Source of the DNA: Cyanidioschyzon merolae | Taxonomy: Eukaryota | Reading direction: 5' to 3' (one strand) | Assembly (NCBI GenBank): GCA_000091205.1 | Contig: AP006501.2 | DNA: 64,000 bases | Shown: positions 61,409 to 64,000 of the stretch, one piece after another | Numbering within the stretch: position 1 is the stretch's first letter | Layout of the letters: each line of letters begins with the position of its first letter | Program-made: the position numbers and the translations under genes | The notes under the pieces: generated by a model | What the model was told of the DNA's origin: nothing | Databases searched by the model: none | What the model saw: the letters and a program-made list of their open reading frames with translations, nothing else

Positions 61409-62857
61409 ATCGGCATGAGCGCGAGTGCAGGCCTCATCATCGAATTCTTGTCGTTTTCAGACGTGCGATGCGTATCTCAGCGATCGACGGGATGAAGCGA
61501 ACGCATCGCAGCCGGGTAGCAAGGCAGTGCTCGAAGCGTCGCAGATACTATGTGATCCAGAACTGATTGTGGACGTTGGATTGGCGTCGAGCACACGCGA
61601 AGGTGGCGGTCGCAAAACGCACCTTCATCGGAGATGGCGGTTTGTTGGGTTTTCATCAGAATATGTAAAGCGAAATACGACTGGTCGTGCGGGATGAGAT
61701 GCTTCACCATTGCTGCGGAGCGTTGGATGACACGCCGACTTTGGACGTGCGCAAACTCTAAAAGGAGTACTTGCGCTGGTGCGCGGCAGCAGCGCGAGTT
61801 TTGTTTGCATATGATTAGGGTAGCGCTGGCAATAGTATAGGGTAGCACCCAGATGCTGGAACGTGTTAGAATGGAGCGCCTCTGCCATAAATTGACCAAC
61901 TTGTATGCGCAGACAGTCTCCATTGTGAATCACGCCACCTGCTGCAGGCGCTGCAATTCAGCAGCTCGTTGGTGCCGAGGCACTGTCGCCTGATCGACCC
62001 CGCCGGGCGGTTCCCGACTGCGTGCCCCGCTGTGCACCACTCGGATTTGTCCAGCGGCACGTACCGTGCGGTCAACGTCCAAGACGACCACCAGGGTCCA
62101 GACGGATCGCAACCTCACATATAGGGTGTTTCCGTGCCGTGGACATGATGCAGAACGGCTGCCACTGGCGATGCCACATAAGCGAGACCTCATGAGAACG
62201 CAGTGTGCGATGCGATTACAGAAGGCGGCGAGTGCCTTGTCTGATTTTGATTGATGCACGCACGAAAACTGCTTTGCCGAAGAGACGCTGGTCACCAGAT
62301 ATATCTCCGGGAGCGATAACACGGAGAAAGAGTTCCGCCAGGATATCGATATGCCGTGGACACGACGGAAAGCATGCCGATCACCTGAACGTGCATCGGC
62401 CGATTCCTCGTCTTTTGTGTTTCCCAGGATTTCCAGCTGCTTCACAGTGCTTGCGTCTGAGACGATACCATGATCGCATGATTGAGCAGGTCTTGTCGAC
62501 GGGACGAGCATCGTCCCATGCGTTTACGTTGAATCACGCCAGCTCGACCATCGCCGCTGGCAGACGTCCGTAAACAGGAAACCGCAGCATCAACAATACG
62601 CGTGAACCCATAGGACAGATACGAAATCGACCAAGGCGCTGCGTTCTGACGATGGAGAGCGCCCGACCGGCGCCCGTTCCAGAGGCGTCCAGCGGTTGGA
62701 CCGATTATTGGAGCCGCGCGCTGCGGATCCGCAGCGCATCCAGCGCCGAGCAGCGCGTTCCCCCAAGCCAGTGCAGCATCAGCTGCAACAGGTCACAAGG
62801 CAAGCGATCTTCCAACAAGAACGCGCGTAAAACAACCTCAACGCGCGTGCTCTCTGT

Positions 62858-63325
62858 TTGAAGGCTTTGATGGCGTCCGTCGCGAAGAAGCGTCGACGCG
62901 CGGTGCTTCGTTTCCAACAACGCAGAGTTTTCCTTAGGGAGAGGTTGTGTAAGAAACCTTCGCCGCAGGCGGCACAGCGTGCTGGACGCCGCGCAGCTGA
63001 TGAAAAAGCGCATGAGAATTCGACCAAGCCCCGCAGTTCTGCACTTACAACAACGTTCGATGCAATCAACGATGCATTGAACTTGATCCAGGAAGCGCAG
63101 CGTGCGACACAGGTCACGTTGGACGGTGCCGCTTCGGCTGCGCGGGCAGCGAGTCGCGGGTCCGAGCTAGGGTGGCGCGTAGGCACGCGCGGGACAGTGC
63201 CTGTGCGTTCGTCTGAGCACGATGCGCGGGCCAGTTTGGACCCTATCCAAGCTCTTATGAATTCGGAACGCTTTCGTGTGGACCCATTCAGAGCGTTGAC
63301 TGAAACGCTACAAACGCGGGACTGA
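62858..63325 (+). CDS. Possible small hypothetical protein, 155 aa
   Basis: It is more protein-like than the overlapping antisense ORFs (K-containing; DAINDALNLIQEAQRATQVTLDGAAS; PIQALMNSERFRVDPFRALTETLQ), but no domain was recognised. Confidence 0.25.
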   Translation: MKALMASVAKKRRRAVLRFQQRRVFLRERLCKKPSPQAAQRAGRRAADEKAHENSTKPRSSALTTTFDAINDALNLIQEAQRATQVTLDGAASAARAASRGSELGWRVGTRGTVPVRSSEHDARASLDPIQALMNSERFRVDPFRALTETLQTRD

Positions 63326-64000
63326 GCAAGGACGACGTGCTCTCTTTTCCTCCGAGTTCCGCCACTGCGCACGACTGGAAGAGCGCCGCTCGGCACGCTT
63401 CGCGGATATCAGCGTTTCCGCGCACCGACTTTGAAGCGCAACGGTATGATATCGACTGAGCGTGCCCAGCGCGCGACGATTCTTGCGTCGCCAGGTGTCG
63501 ACCATGGACGAAAGTGAAACACCTTGTTCGAATCAACCATGGGACAAACGAGAACGATTCTGTGGCCTGTTTCGCAGAGCATCCTTGGATTATGGGTCTT
63601 AGGTGGCATGAGAGCGATAACAACGCCGCAACCGGCATGTCGTATCGAACGGACGCTGCACTGGGCGCTTTGGACGATAGCAGCGGTGTCGAATGCAGGC
63701 GTGTCGTTCAGATGCTGGCTGGCTGGCTGGCTGGCGCGACACGCATGCTCCGGATGCTTCGCGCGTGCGTGCAAATGCCGCTGGCCGGCCGATGCGTGCA
63801 CGCGTTCGTGGCGAACACACGAGATTTATGATCCTCTCGTGGAGTGCGCGAAAGACTCGAGGCAAAGGATGCGAGCGAGTGTTCGCGCCTGGGTATTGCT
63901 TGCTGCTTTCCGCGAAGCGCTGTTTCGGGCGAGACATGACAAACTCGCTCTAAGCCTGGGGCGAGATACCTTCCATCTATGAACATGGTTTTCTGCACGG

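Noticed and set aside
1-64000. A kinetoplastid-style polycistronic gene-cluster interpretation of the intron-free GC-rich genes
   Set aside because: Gene orientation switches about every 1-3 genes. The CCT-domain and PSII-type rubredoxin genes point to an algal nuclear genome instead.

Overview
This 64-kb window is eukaryotic nuclear DNA, not prokaryotic. It is GC-rich (about 60-65% GC outside one island) and has long uninterrupted ORFs with few or no introns. A CCT-motif protein and a C-terminally membrane-anchored rubredoxin (RubA/RBD1-like, which is a PSII-associated plastid protein) suggest a green-lineage, intron-poor alga; that is an inference, not a determination. Because the GC content is high, the six-frame track is full of long spurious Arg/Ala-rich ORFs, so I only call ORFs with recognisable motifs or protein-like composition. 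Supported genes, in order: a BAR/AH-like coiled-coil gene running off the left edge; UDP-glucose pyrophosphorylase; a 2233-aa INCENP-like protein carrying a PHD finger; a CCT-domain protein; an ABC1/ADCK kinase; a TauE/SafE-like permease; an MFS transporter; TRM1 tRNA methyltransferase; DPM1; a plant-type O-fucosyltransferase-family protein; an ankyrin+RING E3 ligase; SGF29; trehalose-6-phosphate synthase/phosphatase; PP2C; an amidinotransferase-superfamily protein; and a membrane-anchored rubredoxin. Structural content that the genes do not explain: (i) a 1.3-kb near-identical direct repeat pair (1069-2360 and 14733-16031) bracketing the INCENP-like locus; (ii) a 1.34-kb near-identical inverted repeat pair (29810-31150 and 45637-46975) bracketing a 14.5-kb multi-gene segment; (iii) a roughly 0.6-kb dispersed non-coding repeat family present in four diverged copies; (iv) three tandem arrays with periods of 71, 95 and 188 bp, plus several microsatellites; and (v) a roughly 3-kb lower-GC island (39.1-42.3 kb) inside the inverted-repeat-bounded segment. 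The island carries a compositionally foreign ORF that is split by one in-frame TAG. Its product has an internally duplicated 23-aa segment followed by a G-V-D-P-G-T-T-N motif typical of the first catalytic strand of RuvC/RNase-H-fold nucleases (RuvC, IS110, TnpB/Fanzor/Cas12). A copy of the dispersed repeat and two strong GC hairpins sit immediately upstream of it. This island is the best candidate for a mobile or horizontally acquired, possibly previously undescribed, element. I could not verify its family without HMM or structure searches. I found no convincing tRNA, rRNA or CRISPR array.
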